Of a stretch of 64,000 nucleotides of DNA, positions 31,889 through 42,999 are shown piece by piece. The stretch covers positions 62,001 to 126,000 of the forward strand of contig JAADVB010000005.1 in NCBI GenBank assembly GCA_023334545.1. The letters are read 5' to 3'. The DNA is from Salisapilia sapeloensis CBS 127946. Its lineage: Eukaryota > Protista > Oomycota. The position numbers and the translations under genes are program-made. The notes below the pieces were generated by a model. The model searched no databases. It was given only the letters and a program-made list of their open reading frames with translations, and had not been told where the DNA came from. Numbering within the stretch: the first letter of the stretch is position 1; each line of letters begins with the position of its first letter.

Positions 31889-33169
31889 GTGGATGACACG
31901 GCGCATACACGGACCAAATTGTCGCCAAGTGGTGCAGTTCGTCGCAGTTGGGACCACCAGAATAACTCTCCGGACCCAAACAGCTTTGAAGAGCAGTACG
32001 AGCTCGGAAAAGCCATCGGATCGGGTACATTTAGCGTCGTCCGACTGGCTACACATAAACCCACTGGCCAACAGTATGCGATTAAGTGCATCAAGCGCAA
32101 GGGATTGTCGCCAGAAGACATTGAGGCCTTGACAACCGAAGTTGCCATCCTGAAACAAGTATGTCTTCTTATTTATAGAGCCAGAAGATAGATATGCTAA
32201 TCTCTATCTAGATGAATCATCCGAATATCATGATCTTGCATGATTTCTTTGCCGAAAAGGAATACTACTACTTGGTCACGGAGTTCATGGCGGGTGGTGA
32301 ACTCTTCGACCGGATCGTTGAAAAGGTATACACTCGCATGACGCCTAAAGGAAGCAAAAGCTAAGCATGGTACAGGTCTACTACAGTGAACGCGAAGCGA
32401 GAGACCTAGTCAAGCTATTGCTAGAGGCGATCAAGTATTGCCATGATGAAGACATTGTCCACCGGGATTTAAAACCGGAAAATCTGTTACTTACTTCGAA
32501 GGACGACGACGCATCGATTAAAATCGCAGACTTTGGCTTTGCCAAGAAGATCGAGTTCGATGGCGAGGGACTTGTGACGGCATGTGGAACGCCAGGGTAT
32601 GTTGCTCCTGAAATTATCAGTCAAGAGCCGTATGGCAAAGCAGTGGACATTTGGAGTATCGGAGTTATCACGTACATTCTTTTGTGTGGATACCCTCCAT
32701 TCCATGATGACAACCACCGAGCGTTATTCCGTAAGATTCGTACTGGTAAATTCGTCTACGATGAAGCATACTGGAGTCACGTATCGGACGATGCAAAAGA
32801 CTTGATCAATCAAATGCTCATAACGGATCCTACAAAGAGGTATGTCGAATGTAAATGAACCATAAAAAAGTTGCTCACGTGATAAATAGAGCAACGGCGG
32901 GTCAACTATTGGAGCACCGATGGATCACACGCTCGGAAGTGGCGACTGTCCAATTGACGAGCGCATTGGAGGAACTTAAGAGGTTTAACGCGCGTCGAAA
33001 ATTCAAGGCGGCCGTCGGCACGGTGCAAGCAACGATGAAGATGGCCAAGGTGCCAAGTCGAGCTTCCACGGATGCAAGACCTGTGGAGATAGAGGAAGAG
33101 AAGCAAGAGAGCGCAGAGAATATCGACTTGTACATACCAGAAGACGGGAAAGAGCATAGCAAGGAATAA
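31889..33169 (+). CDS. Calcium/calmodulin-dependent protein kinase (CaMKI/IV-like), 4 exons
   Basis: IGSGTFSVV, YAIKCI, HPNIMIL, EFMAGGELFDRIV, HRDLKPENLL, IKIADFGFAK, TACGTPGYVAPE, and the C-terminal CaM-binding segment LKRFNARRKFKAAV. Confidence 0.93.
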
Positions 33170-33298
33170 ATACATTTCGCTTCATTTCATTCTGTCATGG
33201 AACTGAGACGATACCAATGGGTACATAAACCCTGCAAGTTGAAGTAGAGGTGATTTGTTAAGACAGACAGTCATGCACACACCTCGTTAGGCGAGTAC

Positions 33299-34313
33299 GT
33301 GCTATACGAGTATCTTTGTACCCACGAGTTGAGCATGGCAGATGTGCATGCACATATACAACGACAGTTATCGTCGAAAGATAAAGGTCGGCGAGCTCAT
33401 GAACGATACGTCGTTCGATGCTTTGCACCGCATTTGACGAACAAGACGTTGCGTCAACAAGAGCAGCGATATGCACTTGTGAAACTCCTTCGTGTCCTTT
33501 TGGCACTGGTACTTCCAACAGTAGCAGTGCTGTATCTAAGGCAGTGGAAAGTATCACGATATCCTGGAGAAATACCGATATATGTCTTCGCTGCATCCAT
33601 CTCACTCGTCCAGCTCGTCAATGTTATGGCAAGGATGTCTGACTATCCTACTTGTATCTCTAGTTTCTCATTCATTTCTATAGCATCGACATTTCATTCT
33701 ATGGCCAGAAGGTCGTCGGATGCGTGGGATCTACTGGCAAGAGGTATTTTACTCGTCTTGTTCGAACTTCCAATTCCTTTATCCGTGTGGTAGATTGAAA
33801 TGGCCGAGGATGCGTATGATCTAAAGATTCTAGGATACTACCACCGCAAGATTGCTCACTTTGTTGGACATTTCCCACCATCAATGACGTCACCTGACAT
33901 TCAGCACTACTATCATCGTCGTGCAGCTTTACAAATCTTCATTTTCTCCTTTGCGTACTGCATTGCCATGTCATTGATGCTTGCTGCAACGCCAAAAACC
34001 TCTACCAAGGTTTGGATTTTGTATGCCTTTAGCGTCGGAAGTGCTTTCATCGTCTGCCGTTACGTCAAAATGGTGGCAGTCGAACTACCTCAAGTCCTCG
34101 CCCTTCGTCTCCATCCACAAGTAACATATATGCTAACGAGAACGATTGCAATCCATATTCACTTTGCATGTGTAGTTCATTGTGAATTTGGATGAAGAAG
34201 CTGCTGCAGAGATTCCACTCGCTAGACCAGTCACAACGTATGGAAATGTAGGAACGGATAACTCGATGACGGATGAGAGGAGAAATGCTTCGGCACCAGT
34301 ACTCCATCCATAG
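33299..34313 (+). CDS. Hypothetical multi-pass membrane protein (multi-exon; start uncertain)
   Basis: ORFs 33299..33793 and 33800..34195 carry four hydrophobic helices and GT-AG boundaries. The last exon reads EEAAAEIPLARP…PVLHP*. Confidence 0.5.
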
Positions 34314-34666
34314 TAACCTGGCGCCTAATCAAGCTTTGCGTTCATTTGCTTTCGCCTATCATCCCACTTGTCTTTGCTATAAATACATGTAGTAATTAGA
34401 TAAGAGGACGAAACATAATATAAAATTACATTTTATTGTATATGTATAGTAAACAGAGGATGTGTTTTTATACAACACAACTTGGCGCCACAATTCTAAG
34501 TTCCATACTATCGTAGCGCGTTTTCCGGTGCACATCGTCCTAGACTGCATTTAACATCACTCTGCAGCTCTCTTATACTTCCCATCAATAGTGTCGTTGC
34601 CTTTGCATCATTGCTAGTCTCAATATTGCACTACTACGACTATAGTAGTCTTTCAAGCAGTAATCG

Positions 34667-36099
34667 ATGGCAGGAGTGCATGACGAGCAGGTGCCATATG
34701 AAGGAATAAAGCCTGAATGGGTGGAAGAAATGCGCCAAGCATATGCGTCAACCAACCAGTCTTCCACAGGATTTTTAAATTATATATTTGGCGTTCTTCT
34801 TACGGAAGACTTGCAAGTTAGCTCCCGCCCGATGCTACCAGACACAGTCGATGAGATGCATGAAAAGCGATTGGAAGGAAGATGCATCCTTCAAGTATGT
34901 ACATATATAGTATAGCTGATGCATGTACGCATACGAATTATCATGAATTAGATTGTTGATATTGTGAACATTGGAGCAACTCACGAGCATCGAACGGAGA
35001 ATACACGAGGACCGACACGGACACTAAAGATGAGCCTCACCGATGGCTATCAACTAGTCTATGGCTTTGAGTACCAATGGATGCAAGATTTTAGCGTCGA
35101 TACTCCACGAGGAGCCAAAGTAAGTATCTCCATTTTCTGGTGATATTGAATAAGATGCTTAACTGTTTTGCATAGGTTGTCGTACAGGATGTGGATGTAC
35201 GTCATGGTCTTCTTCTTCTCACTCCCCACAACTGCAATCTACTAGGCCATTCTGGTAATGAGTCTCTTGAACAGCCAGTGAAGAGTCGACGACAGAACAA
35301 ACGCAACGGCGTGAACAATGACGTCGATGCATATTCCTCTGCCTTGCGCTCGAGAGACGCCATCATGGAGCATAAAGGCACACCCGAGAAACCTCCAGAG
35401 CCATCCAAAGTGGTAGCTCCTGCACCTGTTAAACGCAAAACCGTCAGCACACCACCACGCACCGCTGCAGACTTGATAACCAGGTCTTCTAAACCCCAAG
35501 CACCAGTCACACAGGCCCCAGCCAAAGACCGTCCAAAGGATCCATACGTCGACTTACTATCCAGTGATGAAAATACTAGTCTAAAGACCAATTCAGCAGT
35601 GCATCACCACTCGAATGGCCAAACATCTCAGGATCCGAAAAGCAGAAAACGATCTCGACCATCGTCCTCCGTCTTTACGCACGAACCTTTTATCTACTTT
35701 CAAACTTCCCTTCCGAACATGTCGGTATCCTCCATGGCTCCAAATCAAGTCGTACATATACGAGCACTCTTACAGTCCGTCACGAATTTTCAATTCGATA
35801 CAGGCGAATACAATCTACAAGTGCAAATAGAAGACTGCACGAGTCTACAGCCGGCGTTAGTGGAGCCAGCGTATGTAGGTGACTTGATGGGCGTCACATG
35901 TCCCGAATTCCTACGTACGATGCAACAGAACCAGACGTTGGCATATCGCTGGATCGCTCGTATGCAGTCGAAGCTGATGAATCTAGAAGGTGTGATGACG
36001 CTCAAGTGGGGAGAGACAGGATGGACACTCTTGAGCTGCCGAGAGATGTCGCATGCAGACGCGACGTCTTTGTTAGAACGTGTGAAGCGGTATAAGTAG
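34667..36099 (+). CDS. RMI1: RecQ-mediated genome instability protein 1
   Basis: LLTEDL…LEGRCILQ | IVDIVNIG…RTLKMSLTDGYQLVYGFEY | VVVQDVDVRHGLLLLTPHNCNLLG (N-terminal OB fold). The C-terminal OB fold reads PFIYF…YNLQVQIEDCT…VGDLMGVTCPEF. Confidence 0.9.
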
Positions 36100-36110
36100 A
36101 AAATGAACGT

Positions 36111-37411
36111 CTATTTGGATTGAAAGAGCACGGACACAATGTCCTCTTGATTCCATTCGATGTCACATGGAAGAGAGATGGAACGAGGACTTTCGTTCGG
36201 TATACCGACGAGAATGTCGTTCTTGGGTGTTGCATGCGCTGGATGCATGACAAAGAGGTGGGTTCTATAGTCTGCTTCAAAAGCTCTTTGGCTCCGATCT
36301 CCTTCCAACATTGTTTTGCACGCTCGGCGGTGGCGATGGACGTCAGCGGAGTAATCTGGGGACACGCCATGGCCAAAGTCAGCAGCCTTGGCGAGTACTT
36401 CGAACTCTGGGCGAGAGTAGAGAGACGATAGGTGGGAAGACCGAGGGTAGGATAGATCGCTGAGCTTGACTTTTCCAACGCAGCATGGCGCCATTACGTA
36501 GGATGCTCTTGCGTCAAGACATTTCTGTATGGCCATATCTGTCGCCTTTGATAGAAGACGTTAGTAGCTGCCATTGGTACAAATTAGAACTTGGTGGCGT
36601 TACCTCGCCACAAGCGTGGAGTGCGATGCCGACGTCGAATGGAGAAGTATAGTCTAAAGGTATCGCAATTAGAAGCTGAAAATAAATAGAGTACTTAACG
36701 ACATGGAATACCATCGACAAAGCCACTGAAGATTTCCACGTTGATCAAGTTGGCTGCTGCAATGCGTTCACGTCCTAATGATAGTGATAAGTTGCCTGGA
36801 TTATAGTCATACTATAGATTGGAGACCGTACCTATTGCAAGAGAAGGCTCCTTCTTATCTAGTAGAACGAAATGGCATTGTGGGAAGAGGTAGGCAAGAG
36901 GCAGAGCGACGTAGCCCGAGCCAGCGCAGAACTCGACGACGACATCTCCAGGTCTGGTAGTTAACAATTAGGGATTTGCATGGACGTAGTATATTGGCTT
37001 GATTTTGTACCGGAGAATCTTCTGCAGGAATATTATCAGGTTTTCTACTTGCAGTTGCTTGTTGAGCGCTCGAGTAGTGTTGAGATGTCCTCCTGACGGA
37101 TGGAGGCATACAGGCAAATCTTTCCACTGCAGGGCAGGTTGCTCATTCTCTTTTATCTCGGGGTTGTGGATGCAATGCAATGGGTTGCAACGATAGCCTT
37201 GCAATACTTGATCATGCTGCAATCGAGCCAATAGCTCCTCAAACCATCGCTTGTCCTGGACTGACGACGACAAGATGCCCCGTTTGACACGCTTGCGATG
37301 CCTCCTGGAAGCTGTATGCTCCACTGGTTGACACGCATTGTCTAGAGGTTTTGAAGTCGACGCGAAGCTGTCCCACGTCCCCCATGTTAAAGACGATAGT
37401 ACTCCATTCAT
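36111..37411 (-). CDS. SAM-dependent methyltransferase of the GSTCD C-terminal (Methyltransf_32-like) type, multi-exon
   Basis: KQLQVENL, VGIALHACGEV..DMAIQKC, YVMAPCCVGK, YPRS, KTMLEGDR…ATPKNDILVGIP. Confidence 0.75.
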
Positions 37412-37766
37412 TTTGTCGTGTAAACTGGTCGAGTTATTACACCTCCGTTTGGGATAGAGTTTTCATCTTCGGTTTTCTATAGGCGCAAAATCGCGTGTTT
37501 GGACGGGGTTCTTATTCATGTTTCTGCGTGTTCGAATTTCTTTCTCGTGGAATATATATCTAATATCGGAGGTTCACATACGAACGCTCTTCTTGCGCAA
37601 CTTTCCCTCATCATTGTACTCCAACGTGCTACACAATACCGAATTAATCTCTTTTATCCATGCCTATACGTTTCAATAAGCGTCTAGCCAGCGCGTCCGT
37701 ACATTCCGCCAACTGACAAAATGTATTGACATCATTCATTGGAGCCACCACACACATCTTCTTCCG

Positions 37767-37828
37767 TTTGATTGGCTGAAATTCACCAGTGGCTGTCAAC
37801 CTCCGTGCTTCCGCTCATTTTCAAATTC
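37767..37828 (+). promoter_or_regulatory. Oomycete-type core promoter of SAM synthetase: reverse CCAAT box plus Inr-FPR
   Basis: TTTGATTGGCT at 37767-37777 and GCTCATTTTCAAATTC at 37813-37828 (14/16 match to the GCTCATTYYNCAWTTT consensus), ending about 50 nt before the ATG. Confidence 0.7.
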
Positions 37829-37879
37829 GCGCCGAAGACCTCAAGTTGATCTTTCTCGACCATCCGCATTGCCTATAAA

Positions 37880-39043
37880 ATGTCGACCGACCGCTCGTTC
37901 TTGTTCACGTCTGAGAGTGTCAACGAAGGACACCCGGACAAGCTCTGTGACCAGATCTCGGACGCCGTCTTGGATGCCTGCATCGCCGAGGACCCCAACT
38001 CCCGCGTTGCTTGCGAAACGTGCGCCAAGACCGGCATGGTCATGATCTTCGGTGAAATCACCACCAAGGCCGTTGTCAACTACGAGAACGTCGTGCGCGA
38101 GACCATCAAGCAGATCGGTTACGACGACCCGGCTAAGGGCCTTGACTACAAGACGGTCAACGTCATTGTCGCCATTGAGCAGCAGTCCCCGGACATTGCC
38201 CAGTCTGTCGACTCGCAAGCCCCTGAAGACACTGGTGCTGGTGACCAGGGTATCATGTTCGGTTACGCCACGGACGAAACCCCGGAGCTTATGCCGCTCT
38301 CCCACGTCCTTGCCACGCAGCTCGGCCACAAGCTTACGGAGGTTCGTAAGAATGGTACGCTTGACTGGGTCCGCCCGGACGGTAAGACGCAGGTTACGGT
38401 CGAGTACAAGCAGGTGGATGGCCGTATGGTCCCCCAGCGTGTGCACACGCTTGTGATTTCCACCCAGCACAACGACGATGTGTCTAACGAGAAGATTGCG
38501 TCGGACTTGATGACGCACGTCATTAAGACGGTTGTCCCGGCTAAGTACCTCGACGACAACACGGTCTACCACTTGAACCCGTCTGGTCGCTTCGTCATTG
38601 GTGGCCCGCACGGAGACGCCGGTCTTACTGGCCGTAAGATCATCATCGACACGTACGGTGGATGGGGTGCCCACGGTGGCGGAGCCTTCTCTGGCAAGGA
38701 CACCACCAAGGTCGATCGATCTGCCGCGTACGCTGCCCGTTGGGTCGCCAAGTCTCTTGTTGCCCAGGGTTACTGCCACCGTGTGCTAGTCCAGCTGTCG
38801 TACGCTATTGGTGTTCCGCACCCGTTGAGCGTACACGTTGACACGTACGGCACCGCCAAGGAAGGCACGTCGGACGAGAAGATTGTTGAGCTTGTCAAGA
38901 ACAACTTCGACCTCCGCCCTGGTGTCCTCCAGCGCGACCTGAACTTGAAGAGGCCGGTGATGCAGAAGACTGCTGCGTACGGTCACTTTGGCCGTGACGA
39001 CCCGGACTTCACGTGGGAGACGGTCAAGGAACTCAAGGCCTAA
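37880..39043 (+). CDS. MAT: S-adenosylmethionine synthetase (canonical MAT, not MATX)
   Basis: [92 protein letters not shown]. Strong codon bias. Confidence 0.99.
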   Translation: MSTDRSFLFTSESVNEGHPDKLCDQISDAVLDACIAEDPNSRVACETCAKTGMVMIFGEITTKAVVNYENVVRETIKQIGYDDPAKGLDYKTVNVIVAIEQQSPDIAQSVDSQAPEDTGAGDQGIMFGYATDETPELMPLSHVLATQLGHKLTEVRKNGTLDWVRPDGKTQVTVEYKQVDGRMVPQRVHTLVISTQHNDDVSNEKIASDLMTHVIKTVVPAKYLDDNTVYHLNPSGRFVIGGPHGDAGLTGRKIIIDTYGGWGAHGGGAFSGKDTTKVDRSAAYAARWVAKSLVAQGYCHRVLVQLSYAIGVPHPLSVHVDTYGTAKEGTSDEKIVELVKNNFDLRPGVLQRDLNLKRPVMQKTAAYGHFGRDDPDFTWETVKELKA

Positions 39044-39387
39044 ACGTAGTTGTATGGCTTATGGGGGAATCGTCTCGAAGACTGCTTGGGTGGCATCGTA
39101 GTTTGTTTTTGTCTGAACTATTTCAATTTCATAGGAGAAGAGGTCGATGAGTAGCTACCGACATGATTTGTGTCGCGTGGTTCCTCATGGCAGTAGAGTT
39201 TTTGTAGCTCTATTTGGGATCGGAGCGCTTGCGTGCAATCTCCCGTTCCACACTCAAGAATGAAATTCCCCCTTTTATCATCAATTCTTTTGTTTCCTTG
39301 TCCTTTGCTTTGTCTTTTCTTTGTCTCGTCTTGATAGTTTGATAAACATCATGGGTGAATCAGAAAATCTTTGGATTTGTATTGGAA

Positions 39388-42300
39388 ATGGCATCAAGTA
39401 AGGCGTATGACGTCTTGCGTGTCGAGACGGACCGCGCCATGAAGCGACCGTCGCAAGTGGTCGGTATACACTCGAGCCATCATCCTACGACCGGTCTTTC
39501 ACGTTCGCCGCTTACATTTTATATTGCTTCGTCGGACAATTCGGTGCACTCGTATGCTCCCTCTTCCGGGTCGCTCACAGAGCTCACTTTCTGGCGTTGG
39601 CACCAATCGTATCCGTCTATTGGTAGCCACATCCACGTATTAAACTCTTGGGGTGTGCTCCTAGCTATCAACACTGGACGTATCGTAGCTCTTGCACTCC
39701 CACTGCATCACAATCCAAGCGTCGAAGGTGGTCAGCGGTCTCGAGACTTATCTGGGAGAAATCATATTAGCACCACCAATTCATCCGGGTCATCTGCTTC
39801 TTCTGTCATTAGTCGACGTCGACGGAGTACCCAGCCTGCAACAAGAGGTGCTGAGCCAAAGACAGTCGTGGAATTTGCAAAAGATATCCAAATATTAACT
39901 GCAGATGAAGAAAATGGCATTGCCTGTGCCGTGTCCAAACAATCCGAGCTATTTGTATTCCACTGGTCATCCCGTCGTCTACGTCTAGAACTGCATACTA
40001 AAGTATCTCTTCAAGACATGTATAAGGACTTGTTGCCAGTAACGCGCCTTCTTGTCATCGACGATCGGTACCTGTGTCTCGTCTTCCAACACGAATGGAA
40101 AATTGTGGACATGGAGAACGGAGAGGCAGTTATATCAGTGTTTCCAGGTGAAGGCAACAAGGACGAAATGAAGGATCTAGAAAAGATAGATGGAAACATC
40201 TATTGTACGACGCCACTTCCTTCCGGTGCTGCACGATGCGCATACTCTCACACGTCCACCGACCGTGCATCTCCATGGATGGATGGCGACGACATACAGC
40301 GAAAGGATGTGTTTATTGCTAATACGAAAGAAGCAGTCGTCCTCTCCTTAATCTACACGGACGAGCATCCGGATGACTCTAACGCATTCAACCGTTTCGC
40401 CACCAACTCCAACGTTCGTGTGAAAGTCTCGAAAGTCCTCGAGTATAACGAGCCTCCTCGTCATGCTTTCGTCCATACCCCTTACCTCCTTCTCGACTTT
40501 CGTTCCTGCGTCCGAGTGTACAGCCTCGGGAGTATGGCTCAAGTCCAAGAGGTGTCCATCAGCTCTCTCTACGGTGGCGTACCAGCCGTCCCATTGGACT
40601 CAACTACGACTTCAGTCATATCCGACACAGCATCCGTCCGTTCATCGCTTTCAGCAAAAGCTCCCACGTCCGAGATGGAGCTACCACCATCCTTTTTCAC
40701 CATCTCTCCATCTACCACACTTCACATGCTCCAGATGCAACCACTTCCATCTATAGTCGAGAAAGCGCGTCAGGAAAATCGATTGGAGGAAGCAGTGTCG
40801 ATATGTGAACTATGTCCATCTCATAGTGGTGTCTCACCCATCGAGAAGCAAGTGCTCTATTCTCAATACGCAAATGATGTTTTTCATAAGAAACAGGACT
40901 ATCCACTCGCCATGCGCTTCTTTCGTCAAAGCCAAACACCTATTGAGACGGTGCTGGAGCTATATCCTCGTGAGCTACTTCCTCGATCATTGGATGTAAA
41001 GGAAGACCACACGTGTGAATTAGATGGAGAGGAGCTCGTAGCTAGTCTCTTGGCGCTTGTTACATTCCTTCAGAAACATAAACGTAGCAGTGGTAGCATG
41101 CAGGAAGATGATACTTCAGCATTCACAGCAACGTCGGACAATGAGAATATAATCGAGGATGAATCAACGTCGGAAGTGGCGATCATCGATACAGTACTCA
41201 TGAAAGTGCTGGTGGCTCTATCGGAGAAGCCAGAGCTACAGCGTAGTGCAGAGGAAGAGCTGAAAGCTCTCGTGACTGCACCCAACCTGTGTGACGTCAG
41301 TGAGACGGAGCTTTATCTTCTCTCACACCACTTGGATGAAGCTCTACTAGCCTTTTACGCTACTCGACACTTGCATCAGAAAGCGTTGGAGTTACTGGAG
41401 GATAAACATCGATGTGCCATATCAGAGGAAGATACTAGGAAAGCTCACCAGCTTCAGATTCAAATTGCCGAGTACTTGCAATCTCTCGATCGACATGAAA
41501 CGGAACTTATATGTGCCTTCTCTCGAGGTATCATCGCTACAAACCCACCGCTTGGTCTTTCCATCTTTACACAACGAAAGATTCCATTCGCAGAAGATGA
41601 TATGGAACCAAGCGATATCCTAGAGCACTTGAAAACATGCTCGATCGAGGCGACAGAAGATGTAGATGACAAGCATTCGATGCATCGACTACCTCTTATA
41701 AACAGTCGGTACCTTGCCATCGAGTACTTGCTCCAACTAATCGTCAGTCGCCAGCGTCTCCTGCCCGTATCCATGCATGATGAAGCCGTCTACCTCCTTC
41801 TAGACGCGATTAAAAGCAAAACTAAAAAGGATCCAAGCATCAAACTAACACCTCGAGTATCCGATCAAACAGGTCTTCTCGGTATCTTACGCAGAAGACT
41901 GCTTCAGTTGATGGAACTACCGTCAGCTGCCTACCGTCCAGAACGGATGCTGGCAGGAAGTCCGGCTTCTATGGTCGACGAGCGTGCTGCTCTCCTCTCT
42001 CGACTCGGCCGTCATGATGAAGTGCTGGAGTTATATGCTATCGGTATGCAGGACGCGTCGTTGGCGGAAGCCTACTGCAATCGGTGCTTTGAAACGAACA
42101 CGACAGATGCGTCCGTGTACTCAACGCTGCTTCGACTGTACCTCGCTCCAAGCTCTTCAGTGGGGAATAAAGTCGGGGAAGCAGTTGCTCTCTTGAACAA
42201 GTATGCGGATCGGATCGATGTGTCAACGGCGCTGGAGCTGATTCCGTCAGACGAAGTTTCATTGCAAGCGTTGTTAGCGTTCTTTAAGAGAGTACTGGAG

Positions 42301-42525
42301 ACACAGGTAGAGCGACATCGAAACGGCCAAGTGCGAGTCCAACTGGCGAAAATGGGCAACTTTAAAGTTCGACAGCAATTGGCTGCGAAGAGAAAGCAGA
42401 GCGTGACGATTTGGACATCGCAAGCGTGTCATCGGTGTGGCGATCGACTGGGCACTGGAACGTTCGTACGGATGCCGAATGGAACACTGCTGCATTATGG
42501 ATGTCGACCAGGAGCGTACGAGTAA
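39388..42525 (+). CDS. Vps39/Vam6 (or TGFBRAP1/Vps3)-like HOPS/CORVET subunit
   Basis: CNH-like N-terminus, IIDTVLMKV…NLCDVSETELYL…LLAFYATRHLHQKALELL, ERAALLSRLGRHDEVLELY…AEAYC, and a C-terminal CHRCGDRLG…LLHYGC zinc finger. The first in-frame ATG is at 39388. Confidence 0.85.
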   Translation: MASSKAYDVLRVETDRAMKRPSQVVGIHSSHHPTTGLSRSPLTFYIASSDNSVHSYAPSSGSLTELTFWRWHQSYPSIGSHIHVLNSWGVLLAINTGRIVALALPLHHNPSVEGGQRSRDLSGRNHISTTNSSGSSASSVISRRRRSTQPATRGAEPKTVVEFAKDIQILTADEENGIACAVSKQSELFVFHWSSRRLRLELHTKVSLQDMYKDLLPVTRLLVIDDRYLCLVFQHEWKIVDMENGEAVISVFPGEGNKDEMKDLEKIDGNIYCTTPLPSGAARCAYSHTSTDRASPWMDGDDIQRKDVFIANTKEAVVLSLIYTDEHPDDSNAFNRFATNSNVRVKVSKVLEYNEPPRHAFVHTPYLLLDFRSCVRVYSLGSMAQVQEVSISSLYGGVPAVPLDSTTTSVISDTASVRSSLSAKAPTSEMELPPSFFTISPSTTLHMLQMQPLPSIVEKARQENRLEEAVSICELCPSHSGVSPIEKQVLYSQYANDVFHKKQDYPLAMRFFRQSQTPIETVLELYPRELLPRSLDVKEDHTCELDGEELVASLLALVTFLQKHKRSSGSMQEDDTSAFTATSDNENIIEDESTSEVAIIDTVLMKVLVALSEKPELQRSAEEELKALVTAPNLCDVSETELYLLSHHLDEALLAFYATRHLHQKALELLEDKHRCAISEEDTRKAHQLQIQIAEYLQSLDRHETELICAFSRGIIATNPPLGLSIFTQRKIPFAEDDMEPSDILEHLKTCSIEATEDVDDKHSMHRLPLINSRYLAIEYLLQLIVSRQRLLPVSMHDEAVYLLLDAIKSKTKKDPSIKLTPRVSDQTGLLGILRRRLLQLMELPSAAYRPERMLAGSPASMVDERAALLSRLGRHDEVLELYAIGMQDASLAEAYCNRCFETNTTDASVYSTLLRLYLAPSSSVGNKVGEAVALLNKYADRIDVSTALELIPSDEVSLQALLAFFKRVLETQVERHRNGQVRVQLAKMGNFKVRQQLAAKRKQSVTIWTSQACHRCGDRLGTGTFVRMPNGTLLHYGCRPGAYE

Positions 42526-42726
42526 GGCAAGTGAATATGAAAGGAGGCATTGTAGTTGATAAACGTGGGCATTTGAATGTATATTTGTGGTTTAATACAA
42601 ACTCGAGTCCAGATCAAATATTTCTAACAAGATTTCCAACATTTTACTTTAATGCCGAAAATATAAAACAAACCAGTCGGATCAATTCGAGAATAGAATA
42701 TAGGGGCTGCTAGCATATAGCAAATC

Positions 42727-42916
42727 ATACCTTCTCGGCCTTATGGCTAAGATCAAGTGTAGTATCTGTTCTAATCAGTGTGAAAACTGATTTCCGGAAT
42801 ATTTTCCGGATCTATTTCACATTCATTTTTAGAATTGGTCGACTCGGGTTCAGCTTGCTGTGCTCGTGTTGACACCGGTCTCAACAGGCTTACACTCCTT
42901 CCTGTTTGAGGCCACC
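42727..42916 (+). ncRNA. U2: U2 spliceosomal snRNA
   Basis: ATACCTTCTCGGCCTTATGGCTAAGATCAAGTGTAGTATCTGTTC matches the U2 5' end, including the GTAGTA branch-point-recognition sequence. The Sm site ATTTTTAG is at 42825-42832. The terminal stem-loop pairs GGTCTCAACAGG with CCTGTTTGAGGCC (42877-42913). Confidence 0.96.
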
Positions 42917-42999
42917 CCTCCATTATCTCATTACCTCTACTTCCATTATGTATTCTTTTTCTCTGGATTGTTACCTGATGTACTCCTACTACTCCCCGT

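Noticed and set aside
37841-38779. 312-aa minus-strand ORF and other overlapping ORFs across SAM synthetase
   Set aside because: Antisense shadow of a highly codon-biased gene; no recognisable motifs.
6459-39043. Methionine/NAD metabolic gene cluster (NAPRT, HMT, MAT, methyltransferase)
   Set aside because: The genes are spread over more than 30 kb among unrelated housekeeping genes; there is no operon-like or biosynthetic-cluster organisation.
39044-39300. METTL16 consensus hairpin (TACAGAGAA) or a box C/D snoRNA after MAT
   Set aside because: The nonamer is absent, and there is no properly spaced C-box/D-box pair with a terminal stem.
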